DNA from: Podarcis bocagei | Taxonomy: Eukaryota | Length of the DNA: 64,000 nt | Direction: 5' to 3' (one strand) | Assembly (NCBI GenBank): GCA_964188305.1 | Contig: OZ076895.1 | Shown here: piece by piece, positions 51,520-63,084 of the stretch | Layout: every line of letters begins with the position of its first letter | Position numbering within the stretch: position 1 is the first letter of the stretch | The notes under the pieces: generated by a model | Database searches by the model: none | Told to the model about the DNA's origin: nothing | Seen by the model: the letters and a program-made list of their open reading frames with translations, nothing else | Made by a program: the position numbers and the translations under genes

Positions 51520-51665
51520 AAATCAGAGAATCAGAGAATTGTAGAATTAGAAGGGACCACAAGGGTAATCTAGTCTAACCCCCTGCAATGCAGTAATCTT
51601 CTGTCCAACGTTGGGTCTGAACACACAACTGAGATTAAGAGTCTCATGCTCTACTGACTGAGCTG
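51520..51665 (-). mobile_element. tRNA-Lys(CTT)-derived SINE with CR1-like tail
   Basis: Minus strand agctcagtcagtagagcatgagactCTTaatctcag..acgttggaca follows tRNA-Lys-CTT, then gcattgcagggggttagactaga..cccttctaattctacaattctctgattct. Confidence 0.75.
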
Positions 51666-52352
51666 AAGTGATAGTTAGAACATTTGTTCCAACTTGGGTC
51701 TATCTTTATGTGCTTTTTAGTTTAGGTTTTTTTTATGAACAATTAAAAGTGCAACTAGTCTGCTTGCAAGTCAATGTGACTTCTGCATGCAACTGAGTGT
51801 TTGGAGGAGATCTGAGAATAGCAATTTAAGTAGACTGACATTTTCTGCAACCTGCAATAGCTCGGATGTTTTCATTTTCTCATCTCTTTCCCTGGTCTGA
51901 GGAAAGTCACTGTTTGGTCCATATTTCCTTTAAAGCAGGAAGAGAGAGGGAGAAAGAGGGGGGAGGAGCATGCATGCCCAGGTCTACTGCATTACTATTT
52001 CCCAAAGTGTCAGACCCATCTGTTATACTGGCCTCCCAAATATAATACAGCTGGAAAGAAATTTCAGCGAAATCTATCATCCTGAAAGCATTACAAAACA
52101 TACTTTGTGAGTGGGTGGGTATCAAAACCTGGCTGTACTGTAAAACTCAAATATCATGACAAAACTCAAAACTGATATTGCTACCATGGAGTTTTATCTT
52201 GCAGTTCGGTATTTTGAATTCTGACTTAAAATGTGAAAGCAACTAGTTTGAAGTTTTGATCTGTTTCCAATTTATTTCAGAAAAGTCAGCGGCTATCAAG
52301 GTAAGTGAAAAAGTGTTACTTAAGTGTTCATTTGAAACCAGATTTGGCCTAC

Positions 52353-52441
52353 CTTGAAGTTCACCACTCCTGCTGTACAACTCCCTCCTCTGCTCCCGCA
52401 AATAGGCACTCATACTAATGGCATGGGAAGATGATTCAAAC
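52353..52441 (-). CDS. EXOC4: EXOC4 internal coding exon, probably exon 9, 89 nt
   Basis: Acceptor tttgtttgtctcattgcAG and donor GTAGGC. The first G completes AAG (Lys) with the AA left by the previous exon. Translates [29 protein letters not shown](G), which is visible inside ORF 52243..52476 and contiguous with the previous exon in EXOC4. Confidence 0.95.
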
Positions 52442-52948
52442 CTGCAATGAGACAAACAAAGCACGTCAGCAGGCATGATGAAGCAATGTGAAAGTCAAGG
52501 CCAGTTCCAATATGCATGGTCATATACTGACAGTGTAATCCTGAGAGCGAGAAAGTGGCCATCTTCAAAAGCTAAACAAGTTGCTAATTCTGTTGATCTC
52601 TGACTGAGTCCCCGTATCCCTCCCCATTATTAATCATCTCATACATTTCATTCTGCTGCTAAGATCCCAACTAGAAGGCACCAAATCTTAGCCTGTGGCA
52701 TGTACCTCACATTCTTCTGAATATTCTTCAGAGTGTTACGGGCCCCTGGAGTCATGAGCACTAACAAGGAACATAGGTCATTTACTCAAAGCAACACTTT
52801 TGTACTGATCATTTCCAGCCACACCCTATGCAAAATGGACACTTCCTCATTCCTCCCCACTTACCATGTCAGGTAAAGTCAGACTACAAAACACAACTCT
52901 TTGAATATTCCTGGCCATAGGAAACTGGCGAGAATAGTTCCTTTAAGA

Positions 52949-53203
52949 CATGGGTAGGCAAACTAAGACCCGGGGGCTGGATCTGGCCCAAACGCCTTCT
53001 AAATCCGGTCAGCGGATGGTCTGGGAATCAGCATGTTTTTACATGAGTAGAATGTGTCCTTTTATTTAAAATGCATCTCTGGGTTATTTGTGGAGCATAG
53101 GACTTCATTCATTTTTTATTTTTTTTCATAATATAGTCCGGCCCCCCACAAGGTCTGAGGGACAGTGGACCGGCCCCCTGCTGAAAAAGCTTGCTGACCC
53201 CTG
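52949..53203. mobile_element. hAT (Charlie/MER30-like) MITE
   Basis: ctttaaga|catgggtaggcaaact ... agcttgctgacccctg|gtttaaga (7/8 TSD). Confidence 0.8.
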
Positions 53204-54119
53204 GTTTAAGAGTTTTAACCCAGACACACGACTCTCTAAAGCCCTCTGCTTATAAGGTAGGAAGAACAGTCTCTTCCACAACCATTACAGAAGGAAAGAA
53301 AACATCCTGGGAAAATGCCACTTTAGGTGGCCATGCAAGTCTGCCTAGCAGCAGGCCTCCCTTTTCTGTCTGTATGATAACTCAAAGGAACATAGAAAGC
53401 TGCCTTGCACCAAGACAGACCACTGGCCCAACTAGCTCAGTATTGTCTGCTCTGACTGGAAGCAGCTCTCAAGGGCTTCAAGCAGGGGACCCAGCCATAC
53501 CTAGAGAGGATGGGGTAAACAACTAGATGCTCTACCACTGAGCTAGGGCCCTCTCCATAACTTGGCCTGATTACTCAAGGAGGGCTCTTGAAAATGCAGA
53601 GAGCCTTCTGGCAGGTGGATGGCCCTCTAAATGGAAATAGGGTTGGGAGACAGCTGCTCTGTGTGGCAAGACAAACACCCAAGGAAGAAGAAAACAGCAC
53701 GACCGAGGCATTATCAAACAACTACACCTCTCAACAGGATGAAAAATGCCATTTTAATGGCAAGATCTCTACAGATGCAGTGACAGCTGACAGATAAAAC
53801 AACCAGAGATCCCAGCAAGCATGGCTGTCATTGTGGTTAAAGCAATGACAAGAGAATGAGCAACAGGGGACATGTACTTCTTATTAAGCAATTATGCCTT
53901 ACTTTATTTTCGTCAGACAGAAATGAGTGTGTGGGGCTGGAGCAATGAAGCTGACGAGCTAACATGCCAAGCAACAGGGGATGGGAGCAGTTCAGGATCA
54001 GCAGGGAAACTGCAAGAAATCCAAACCTTCCAGGGAATCTATGAGGGAATATCAACAAGGTTCTAGTCCTTTGATGCTGAGTGTGAAGTTGCAGGCTGCC
54101 TGCAATTCCTACACAACAG

Positions 54120-54501
54120 GGGAGAAGGCGCCATGGTCTAAACCACTGAGCTTCTTGGGCTTGCCAACTGGAAGGCCAGCAGTTCGAATCTGCACAACAG
54201 GGTGAGCTCCCATTGCTCTGTCCCAGCTTCTGCCAACCTAGCAGTTTGAAAGCACGCCAGTGCAAGTAGACAAATAGGTACTGCCGTGGCAGGAAGGTAA
54301 ACAACGTTTCTGTGCGCTCTGGTCTCCGTCATGGTATTGCGTTGCGCCAGAAGCGGTTTAGTCATGCTGGCCACATAACTCGAAAAGCTGTCTGAGGACA
54401 AACACCGGCTCCCTTGGCCTGAAGCAAGATGAGCGCCACAATCCCATAGTCGCCTTTAACTGGACTTAACTGTCCAGGGGTCCTTTACCTTTTTTTACCT
54501 T
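54120..54501 (+). mobile_element. Sauria SINE, full length
   Basis: Homologous to 24958-25310, with acctt tail and imperfect TSD acacaacag/acgcaacag. Confidence 0.9.
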
Positions 54502-55806
54502 ACGCAACAGTGTGACTATATAGCACATTTTAAAACAATTACAGTAATTACACGTGATAAAATTATAGGCATAGATAGGCTTGCTGGGAGGAAAAGTGAA
54601 CAGGCACCAAAGACATTACAGGCAGAGGCATTTGCCTAATATTAAAGGGCAGGTTGTTCCAAAGAGAAGGTGCTGCTACACTGAAGGTTTGATTCCTTGC
54701 AAGTGCAGAATAAACAATATGCGATACTTGTAAAAGTGCCAGTTCTGAGATTGAAGCAGTCGAATGGGCACGAATGCATATATAAAGGAAACTGAGACCA
54801 AGAGAGATATCTAATCCATGATGCCATAGTCCCAGTGATTAATTTAAAAGATGCATTTCCAGTTTACCAATAATTAATCAAAGGGGCTTATTCTGGGCTA
54901 TTGGTCTCCAAAAGAAAAGCCAAGAAAATGGTAAAAGAAAAGTAAAAAATGCAGGGCAGTGGCACTGCTGTATGAAGGCTGGAAGCCAGAAGTACAAAAG
55001 ATGAACCCGAGAATCACTCATGTTTAAAATGTTGCCTAAAAAAAAATCACGGCAGTGATTAACAGCATCCAGTTGAAGCAGCATCAAGAGAAAGAGGCAC
55101 ACAATGGACCAAGGACACAATTCTTGAGTTAATCAAAGCAGAATGGAACAGAAGAAGCACAACTGCCAACACAGATCAAGCTTTGCCCTTGTCATTCTAT
55201 AACTTTCTGTAACACATGTTCCCACGCATGTCTGTGCAAGAGTGTAAGTCAGTCGGATGTGGAGAATTCTGAAACAAATAAAAGTGGCTGAACTTCAGCT
55301 GTGGAGCCAAAACAGACCCAATGATTTATTCAGACAGTTGCAAGAACCAGCAACCTTTTCCTCCTCTGCAACATTATTTGTATGTGTATGTTCTCTATAC
55401 CATCAGAGGGACAATAAGCTTGCCCAGCCTCTCTGCCTTCCCCAATTCATGAAGATGGATAAAGCAGTCTTATACTGTGTCTCAGGGGGAAAGAGAAAAG
55501 AATCAGACTCCCCTTCCACTACTATTTATCACCATTTCTCCGCCAGGATTCCAACTCTCACACCTCCTTTAGAAAACTCAGGTCAGGGAGACCCACATTT
55601 AATGTGAAAATGGGGGAGTCCATTTGCATCATACGTCTGACTTCCACGTGACCTAAGTGTTTGCAGCCTCCTCCCTAAATTAAGCACCCATCTCTCCTCT
55701 TAAAAATAAAGCTGGGTAACTATCAAGCACAGAGCAGTACTGAAGATGGACTAGACAATCTCTATGCAAAACACAGTTTGGAAAAGAGAAGCAGCGCTGC
55801 ACTTAC

Positions 55807-55952
55807 TTGAAGAGGGAGGTTTTAGGCCTCTGGGGTTTCTTTTTTGCAAAGAATGCTGCAAATTCCCGTCCCGAGCTGGCATAACTAAGCTGAGCTGATG
55901 GCTCCGAAGATGCCCGTGTATTTTTCATATCCAAGTACTCCGTGAGCAGCAT
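55807..55952 (-). CDS. EXOC4: EXOC4 (exocyst component Sec8) internal coding exon, probably exon 8, 146 nt
   Basis: Minus strand: polypyrimidine tract ctgttcctccctccctttctctccAG, exon, then GTAAGT donor (55801-55806). Translates [48 protein letters not shown](K), which I recognise as vertebrate EXOC4. Not in the ORF track. Exon number is from recall of the human gene. Confidence 0.95.
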
Positions 55953-56239
55953 CTGGAGAGAAAGGGAGGGAGGAACAGCATTTTAAGAAGCACGTTTTTA
56001 AAAGGCTTTGTAAACAAAGTCTCAAATTAATGCCGGAAAACTAACCCATACAATCCATGAATGCAGTTTGCACAAAAGTTTACCATCAGATTAAAACTCT
56101 CGTCAGAAGAAAGCTTTTGGTTCTACGCGTCAACCTGGCAGATTTCTGAACAACTAACATGCCAGCCATTTGGTGTGGAATGGCTGTGGAACTCCCTTTC
56201 ATTGGATGTCAAGGAAATAAAACAACTATCTGACTTTTA

Positions 56240-56378
56240 GAAGACATCCCTGAAGGTTCAGGGAGGTTTTTAATGTTTGATGTTGTACTGTGTTTTAATT
56301 TGTTGGAAGCTGCCCAGAGTGGCTGGGGCAACCCACTCAGAGGGGGGCAAGAACAACAACAGCAACAGCAACAGCAAT
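56240..56378 (+). mobile_element. L2 3' terminal fragment
   Basis: gacttttagaagacat..gttcaggga..ttttaatgttt..gttggaagctgcccagag matches 8466-8600. Confidence 0.75.
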
Positions 56379-58575
56379 GACTCTAGTAGGGTAGTGGTGC
56401 CTCAGTTCTGAAATACCCTCCTTTTGAAGGCTAGGATAGCCAAGTTATGGTTGGGAGTTCACTTTTAAATTGAAATATGTTTTTGTTTTTCCTAGATTTT
56501 GATGGCTATGGTTAATAATAATAAATTTTACTTATACCCCACCCTCCCCAGCCAGAGCCGGGGAAATGTTTTTCTGTAAGGAGGAGATCCCCTGTGATTT
56601 CCCAGCAAAACCACAACAAGGTACAGTTCACAAAGTTCTTTGCACTGGCTTAGAGTGAAAAATGAAGTTTTTTAAAAAAGCAGAAAAATAAATTATTTTG
56701 ATCAGCACATATTAGAGCACTGACAACACCTGGGGCCCATAACAGCATAGCAGGATTATTGGTAACGATAATTCACCCTGTTAGGAAGCTGCCTAATGTA
56801 ATAAGAGAGCACACTGTAGGTAACAAGTGGAATGTATCAGTGAAGGAAGGATCTTATTTAAACAAATTAGCATGAAATAACAACCAGGCCAACAGTACTA
56901 AGCTGCTAATTAGACACAACTGAGAATTCTTTTTTTAAAAAAAGATACAACAAAATTAAATAAAGATAACCTGATTTCTATCCCTAACTATCTCAATTAG
57001 TTCACCAGCAGAGAGACTTCTGATGTGTTCTCATTCCAGTGCAAAGAAAACAGCAGCGTGTGTGTGGCCATATTTCACGGCAACTTATCTGCTTGCTTTG
57101 TTCGCTTTTAAAGGCAGAGTCACACATTATGTTTTTGGAAGGTATACAAGGCGTACAAGCTAATGTGCACCGAAAACCGTAGAATGTGGATAAAGAACAT
57201 GAGCTCAGAAATATGCATATCGTATCAGAGAGCCAGGAATACTACCAGGCTGCAGAAACACCATACTGTACACTTAAAACATATCCCCCTCCACCCCCAA
57301 AGAATCCTGGGAAATCACAGAATGATAGAATTGTACAGTTGGAAGGAACCCCAAGGGACATCTAGTCCAACCCCCTGGAATCTCAACTAAAGCAACTATG
57401 ACAGAAGGCCACCTTCTGCTTATGTAAACATAGTTTACACCCTCATGGAGCTACAATTCCCAGCACCCTAAACAAAGTACAGTTCCCAGGATTCCTAGGG
57501 GAGGGTGCTTTAAATCTTTGGTATGTTCACTGCAGTTGGTTATTCCTGAGTTACTTTCTCAAGCACACAGATTTCAGAAAGCCAAGTCGTCAATAAGCTC
57601 ATGAGGAAAGGGAGTTGGGCACCACCAACCAAGCTCCTTCTCAAACAAGCACGCAGCATTTGAATACACAATGTTTCCTGGGCATTAAGGGAAGAGCGGT
57701 CCAGTCTAACTGTCTCCATATCTGCCAGCTTTGCACACCTCTCTGCTTTCAAGGAGTTCTGAGTGGGGTTCAAGAGCCTTAACTTTTATCTTGCAACACA
57801 TGAAATTGGAGCAGTGGCTGGGTGCTACAGAAAATGTAGGAGGGACAAGAGGCAAAGCTGGCTGAGAATTCTTAGAACTTTAGGCAAAACATTCACATTT
57901 GAGGGCCAACAGTGGGGAGAAAAGAATTGCTGGAGATTTTCTCTAATTAGCATCCTGCAGTACCAGGTTCACAGAGCAACAGCAATTACCATTGTTGTTG
58001 TTAATTTGGATGATTATCATAATCATCACCATCTAATTCTTATCAAGTACCTTTTCCCCCTTCTCTTCTATGTGCCCTGTTTAGAGGCTAGTAAAAGTCA
58101 TACCCCACTATCAACGTCAGTCCCTCCAGCAGGTCTCTTCTAATATTTCCCGAACTACATATTTAGTTATAAACCAAAAACAGTAAAAAAAACCAAACAA
58201 AAAACCAAACTTAAATTTTACAGCTTGAAACTGGTAGGCGAGGAGGGGGCTGGCAAACATGCAGCTACACAACCCAATTTCTTCTGCTCACTGAAGTGAT
58301 TAGTAATATTTGCCTGAGGATGAAGTAAGGCCACGAGTGTTTGGTCCTACAATGTTTAATTATTCGTTGCAAAGCCATCCATCAAAATCCTTGTTAGACG
58401 TTAATCAAATGCATAAAGAGCAAGATTTATGAGTGACTGTTCAGTTTGCAGCATCCCATCCATCTATAACAAGGACTTCTGACTTCCTATTCAACAGAGG
58501 TTGAATGTAGCCATCCGTGTATTAGACACTAATCACAAACAAATCTGGACATGACAGCAGAGAGATCCAATGAAG

Positions 58576-58576
<1 letters not shown>

Positions 58577-58621
<45 letters not shown>
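58577..58621. repeat. (ATT)n microsatellite
   Basis: Direct reading. Confidence 0.95.
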
Positions 58622-59616
58622 TCCAAAAGCTAAAACTAAAACCTAAGTACTCTGGAGGAATAGCTGTTAGCCTACTGCAGCAACCCCAATAGTCTGCCAA
58701 TGTGGCGGGGGGGGGTGCCACCTGAGAGAGGGGTTGCCGTGGCCACTGTGTAAAGCGGCAGTGGGGCAGTCTTCTTTTCCTCTTCCTTCAGCTGCCACTG
58801 CTTTCCAAACAGGCTTGCTGCTCTCTCTGGGAATGCCTGGACATCTCCTTCGGGCCAGGGCTCCATTTCACTGTGTGTGCTGTGAAGCAGCACTCTGCAC
58901 TTTCCAAACACCCAATACAAACTTACCCTACCCTCTTACTTGCTTATTTTTTTAAAAAAAAATCCATATGCACGGCTATTCCTTCCGTTTGCTTCACTAA
59001 GAAGCTGCAACAGGTCAGTGGCAAATTCACAGGTGTGTGTGTTGCCTTATTTGGCAGCAAATGGACAGATATTTGCAGTTTTCTCACAATGCAGGCCTAT
59101 GCAGAGAGAAAGCTACGCTAAACCCTTCTCCTTGTGATGCTGTCAGTTTGTGTCCAGAGTTTATTTTTGTTTCGTTGGAAGAGGGGGGTGCATTTAGACA
59201 TGCAGCTCCCTCCACACCCTGGCCGCACTGGGTAGTTCAGCTGGTTACGAGCGTGGTGCTGATAATGTCAAGGTTGCATATTACAGCATTGAAGGGCTGG
59301 ACCCGATAATCCTCATGGTCCGTTCCAATTCTATGAATCTATGCTTACAATTTGAGTTCTATGGAATTCAAAACTTAATGCAATATAAGGAATAAAAAAC
59401 CAAAAAAAATATTATTAGAAACCATACAGAATCTAGCACAGTGCATTACAGTTGCTACAGTGCGCAGAAAGAAAACAGCAACTGGTCTGCCAAGACCCTC
59501 AGTAGTTTTCATGGTTCATTGGGAGATGGTGGTTGCAAACCACTGGCAATGACCTGAGGTTGTTGGGAAACAATAAATGATAGCCATGAGGATATGTTAA
59601 GAGCTACATAGAAGGA

Positions 59617-59862
59617 CTCTTGCCAACCTAGCAGTTTGAAAGCATGCCAAAAAAGTGCAAGTAGATAAATAGGTATCGCTCCGGCGGGAAGGTAAGCGGC
59701 GTTTCTGTGCGCTGCTCTGGTTCGCCAGAAGTGGCTTAGTCATGCTGGCCACATGACCCGGAAGCTGTATGCCGGCTCCCTCAGCCAATAAAGCGAGATG
59801 AGCGCCGCAACCCCAGAGTTGGCCATGACTGGACCTAATGGTCAGGGGTCCCTTTCCCCTTA
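59617..59862 (+). mobile_element. 5'-truncated Sauria SINE
   Basis: Homologous to 25070-25310. 11-bp TSD acatagaagga (59606-59616 and 59863-59873). Confidence 0.9.
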
Positions 59863-60433
59863 ACATAGAAGGAAGAAGCCCCATCACCTCAACTCAGAGA
59901 GCTTCATTTGGCCCTATCTCAAATCTGAGGCTCAGAATGTACTCAGAGAAACAGTGTTCTTAATTCTAAATAGATGCCTTTTGTACCTAGCTCTGCTTGG
60001 CAAGTCTTGGGGTTCTTATGAAAAACAAAGTAGATCTGACAAACATGCAGTAGACCCACCTCACATACTTCAAGGGGAGTGACAAATCCAGCAATATTTC
60101 CATCTCTAAAATGATGGCAGGGTTGAATTCTTCCTATGCTATACACAAATTAAGCATCATCAGTAGGGCTGTCAAACAGCTCATTAATTTCAGTTGATTA
60201 ATAATCTGGCTTTTAACCAAATCAATTAAATTTCAGTAGGTTTGCAGATTGCCAATGCCACAGTAAGGATGCCTTATTGAAAAAATAAAGTGTGAGATAA
60301 CTAACCATTCATTAAAATAAGTTGCTCACTCCTGGGAGGAAAGACCACCTTGATCATTTTCTTTTCTTTAAATTTCCTCTTTGTTATCATTATAGAACCA
60401 AAATAGTTTCAAAAAAATAAACAAACAATTCTC

Positions 60434-62263
60434 TTTTTTTTTTTATAAAATTTTTATTTGGTTTTCTGGTTTTATAGAGACAAGACATACACAAAGAAAA
60501 GACTAAAGACAAAAACATATATAAAATCAGCAAATCCCCGTTTCATAAACTTGTTCCCTGACTTCCCCCCACCTCCCCTCGTGCATCCCAGTTTCAAGGT
60601 TATATCAGCAAGTTGGTATTTCTCCTCTCAACATTCTTATTCATCTTATTACCTTTTTATAATAAAAATTAATTTTCCTAAGTTGGACTTAAGTTCTCTT
60701 CCATCGATTTTCATTTTATCTTAATTAAGAGTCATAATAACCAAACCTAGAAGTCTTGAGAGTTTTTAAGAGTCTCTTCTTCCCTCCCTCCCATCCCCGG
60801 TTTTTGTCCCTTCCCAATAAAGATCCGGATTCAAGATTCTCAGCCTGGGTTCCTCACGTCCGAGGCTTTCAAATCCCTTTCAGTCCCTCTCCGCCTGTCC
60901 TGTTGGTAGTCCTTTATGTCAGTCGTCAGGTCTGGGAAAAGCTCTTTCACCATCAAAGTGTATCCTCTTCCCACAAGGGGGTTCAAAAGTAACTGCTGGA
61001 GAATTTCCACAAAGCCTATCTCTTCACAATCAAAGTCCAAACGGAGGCCCCAATCGTATTTCTTTATTTTAGTTTTCTGTATTCCATTTTGTCCCGGGAC
61101 CTCCTCCTTCTTCTTCTGTGTCTTTCGCAGAGTTGTAGTAGATATGTTCCCAGCATTTCCTTGCTTGTGTTCCGCAGATGTCAGCTTTTGGTTGTTGCTT
61201 CCCAGGATTACTTCTTCTTTTTCTTGTTGTTTAGTCTCTTCCAGCTCTGTAGGTATTGTTTCCCATTCAGCTGTGGATTCTTTCTCATTGAGGTCCTCAA
61301 TACTAAGAGCAGAGTTGCCTGTTCCCAAGGTCATACTCTCAAGTTGTTTATTCATGGCCAAGCTCTGTTCTTGTAAGATTCCCACCAATTGGAACATCCT
61401 TTCGATTTCCACAAGTAACTTTCCTTCCACAGCCATTGTATCCATTGTAGTTTCACAGAATTCCCCCTAGGGGGAATCTGGTTACTTATTAGCCTTTTCA
61501 CCAACAATCCTTTAACTGATTATTATTACTTTGTTTCCAACAGTTTTAGCTCAATTATAACTCGTCTTAGTCCAGAGGGATCTTAGATGACAAATTTTCT
61601 ACTTTAAATCGGCCGTTTGACAGCTTTGACAGCTGTCAAACTCCGCAGCTCTTACACAGGCACCAAAGCAGGACGTTCCCGGGCCCGGGAGGGGGGGTTG
61701 GTTAAAGCAAAAAGAAGGTTCCCAAAACTCCACTCTCCAGCCCAAAATTTCCCTTAGTTAAATCTCGGAAGTTAATATCCTTTTTAACTCACCCCACCAG
61801 GGGTAGGCTCTCCAGCTTAGCTCTTGCGCCGTTGCTTAGATCGTCTGCAAGGGGGGGGTGCGGACTTCCTTTTAGACACCCCCCGCTCGTCTCCAATTCA
61901 AGGTAAAATTTTTATAAAGTCCCAATACGTCTTACTCACGGGCGATTCTTTCAGTCCAAATTTTCAAGGAAGGAAGTCAGCGCTCTCTGGTTATGGCTCG
62001 CGGCTTCGCTCCACCGAGGTAGCGATCGACTCTCAGTGCCACGCCACCCCCGTATCCCCTCCGCAGCCTTTAAAAAGGCTCTTTGCGAATCAGGGGGGGC
62101 GCTTAAGGCACCCGCCGAGTCTTCAGTCCGCAGGCTTCCGTGCCTGCGGTTTTTAAGGGTCCCCGCGTCGCCGGCGCGGCAAAGACCCATCCTCAGTGGA
62201 GCCGATTCCCTCCGGAGCTCGGAGGGAATCCGCCATTTCCAGATCGCGTCAACCCGGAAGTCC
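60434..62263 (-). mobile_element. Full-length non-autonomous L1-type (HAL1-like) retroelement, 1830 bp
   Basis: 18-bp TSD aataaacaaacaattctc (60416-60433 and 62264-62281). The minus strand starts GGACTTCCGG..AAATGGCGG (L1-like start with YY1-type motif) and has a CpG-rich 5' UTR, one ORF, AATAAA (60453-60458) and an 11-nt poly(A). Confidence 0.88.
60840..61445 (-). CDS. 201-aa ORF of the non-autonomous element, possibly a diverged L1 ORF1-like protein
   Basis: Uninterrupted ATG-to-TGA ORF at the ORF1 position, helical/coiled-coil-like N-terminus, E/K/Q-rich middle. No domain recognised. Confidence 0.5.
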   Translation of the reverse strand: MDTMAVEGKLLVEIERMFQLVGILQEQSLAMNKQLESMTLGTGNSALSIEDLNEKESTAEWETIPTELEETKQQEKEEVILGSNNQKLTSAEHKQGNAGNISTTTLRKTQKKKEEVPGQNGIQKTKIKKYDWGLRLDFDCEEIGFVEILQQLLLNPLVGRGYTLMVKELFPDLTTDIKDYQQDRRRGTERDLKASDVRNPG

Positions 62264-63084
62264 AATAAACAAACAATTCTCAGTTCTCCAATGAGCAGCT
62301 TCTGAAGGGTTGGGGAACCGGTGGTGTTTCAGACATTGTTGGAATCCAACTCCCATCAAGCTCACTCTGCATGGCCAAGGTTCAAGGATGGGAGTGAAGT
62401 CTAGTAGCGGCTGGAGGACCAAAGGCTGCCCAATCATGAGCTAAAGTTGTAGTTGATTAATCTGCCAGTGAAAGTTTGCAGACCTAATCATCATTCCCAT
62501 CCAGGGGTTTATTTCCCATCAACCCCAAGCAAACAGCACAACCCGATTTATCTATTTCACTAACCACAGAGAGTTTCCGAGTCAAGACAAATGAAGCCAA
62601 TAAATAATAGGATGTTAAGTACACAATATGTTAGGGGAGGGAGAAGAGGAAGACATGAATTGATGTTGGAGAAAGAACTTGACAGAGACAACAGCAGACA
62701 CCTGTCAGCTGTCACTCTTCAAAGCTTTGCCCATCAAAACATCCCTTCAGTTGTATTATCTGCTGCAGATCTCTTCTGGAAACATGACCCATGAGTACAA
62801 TAATTAATTACAAAGTGTCCTTTGTAGTTTTGGTCACAAAAATCTTTAAAAGCAGTTGGAGGAAGGGATGATAAAAAGCACAAGGCCTCTTAAAGAAAGT
62901 AAAGAATCAACTACTTCTTCCAAAGATGTGGTGAACAAATGAGACATTACACCATCATCATCACCACCACCACCACCACCACCATTCAAAGGAATGCTGT
63001 GGTTTGACGGGGGAGCAGCCAAATATGACCCTTTTCCTCTTCCTTTTTTTTTAATTACTATCAAACCCAAACTCATTTACACTT

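Larger units (their letters stand above)
1..52352 (-). other. EXOC4: Large downstream EXOC4 intron (>52 kb, continues past the window start)
   Basis: I did not see the next expected EXOC4 peptide (GPDDNLIEGGGTKFVCKPG...) in 1-52352 by eye. EXOC4 is known for very large introns. Confidence 0.75.
52442..55806 (-). other. EXOC4: EXOC4 GT-AG intron (3365 nt, phase 2) between the two exons
   Basis: Defined by the splice sites above, with consistent phase. Confidence 0.92.

Noticed and set aside
52281-52300. Apparent 20-nt plus-strand micro-exon (tttatttcAG...GTAAGT)
   Set aside because: It is antisense to EXOC4, not a multiple of 3 and has no partner exons, so it is probably chance.
60916-61470. 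184-aa plus-strand ORF
   Set aside because: Antisense shadow of the 201-aa element ORF, with S/F-rich composition.
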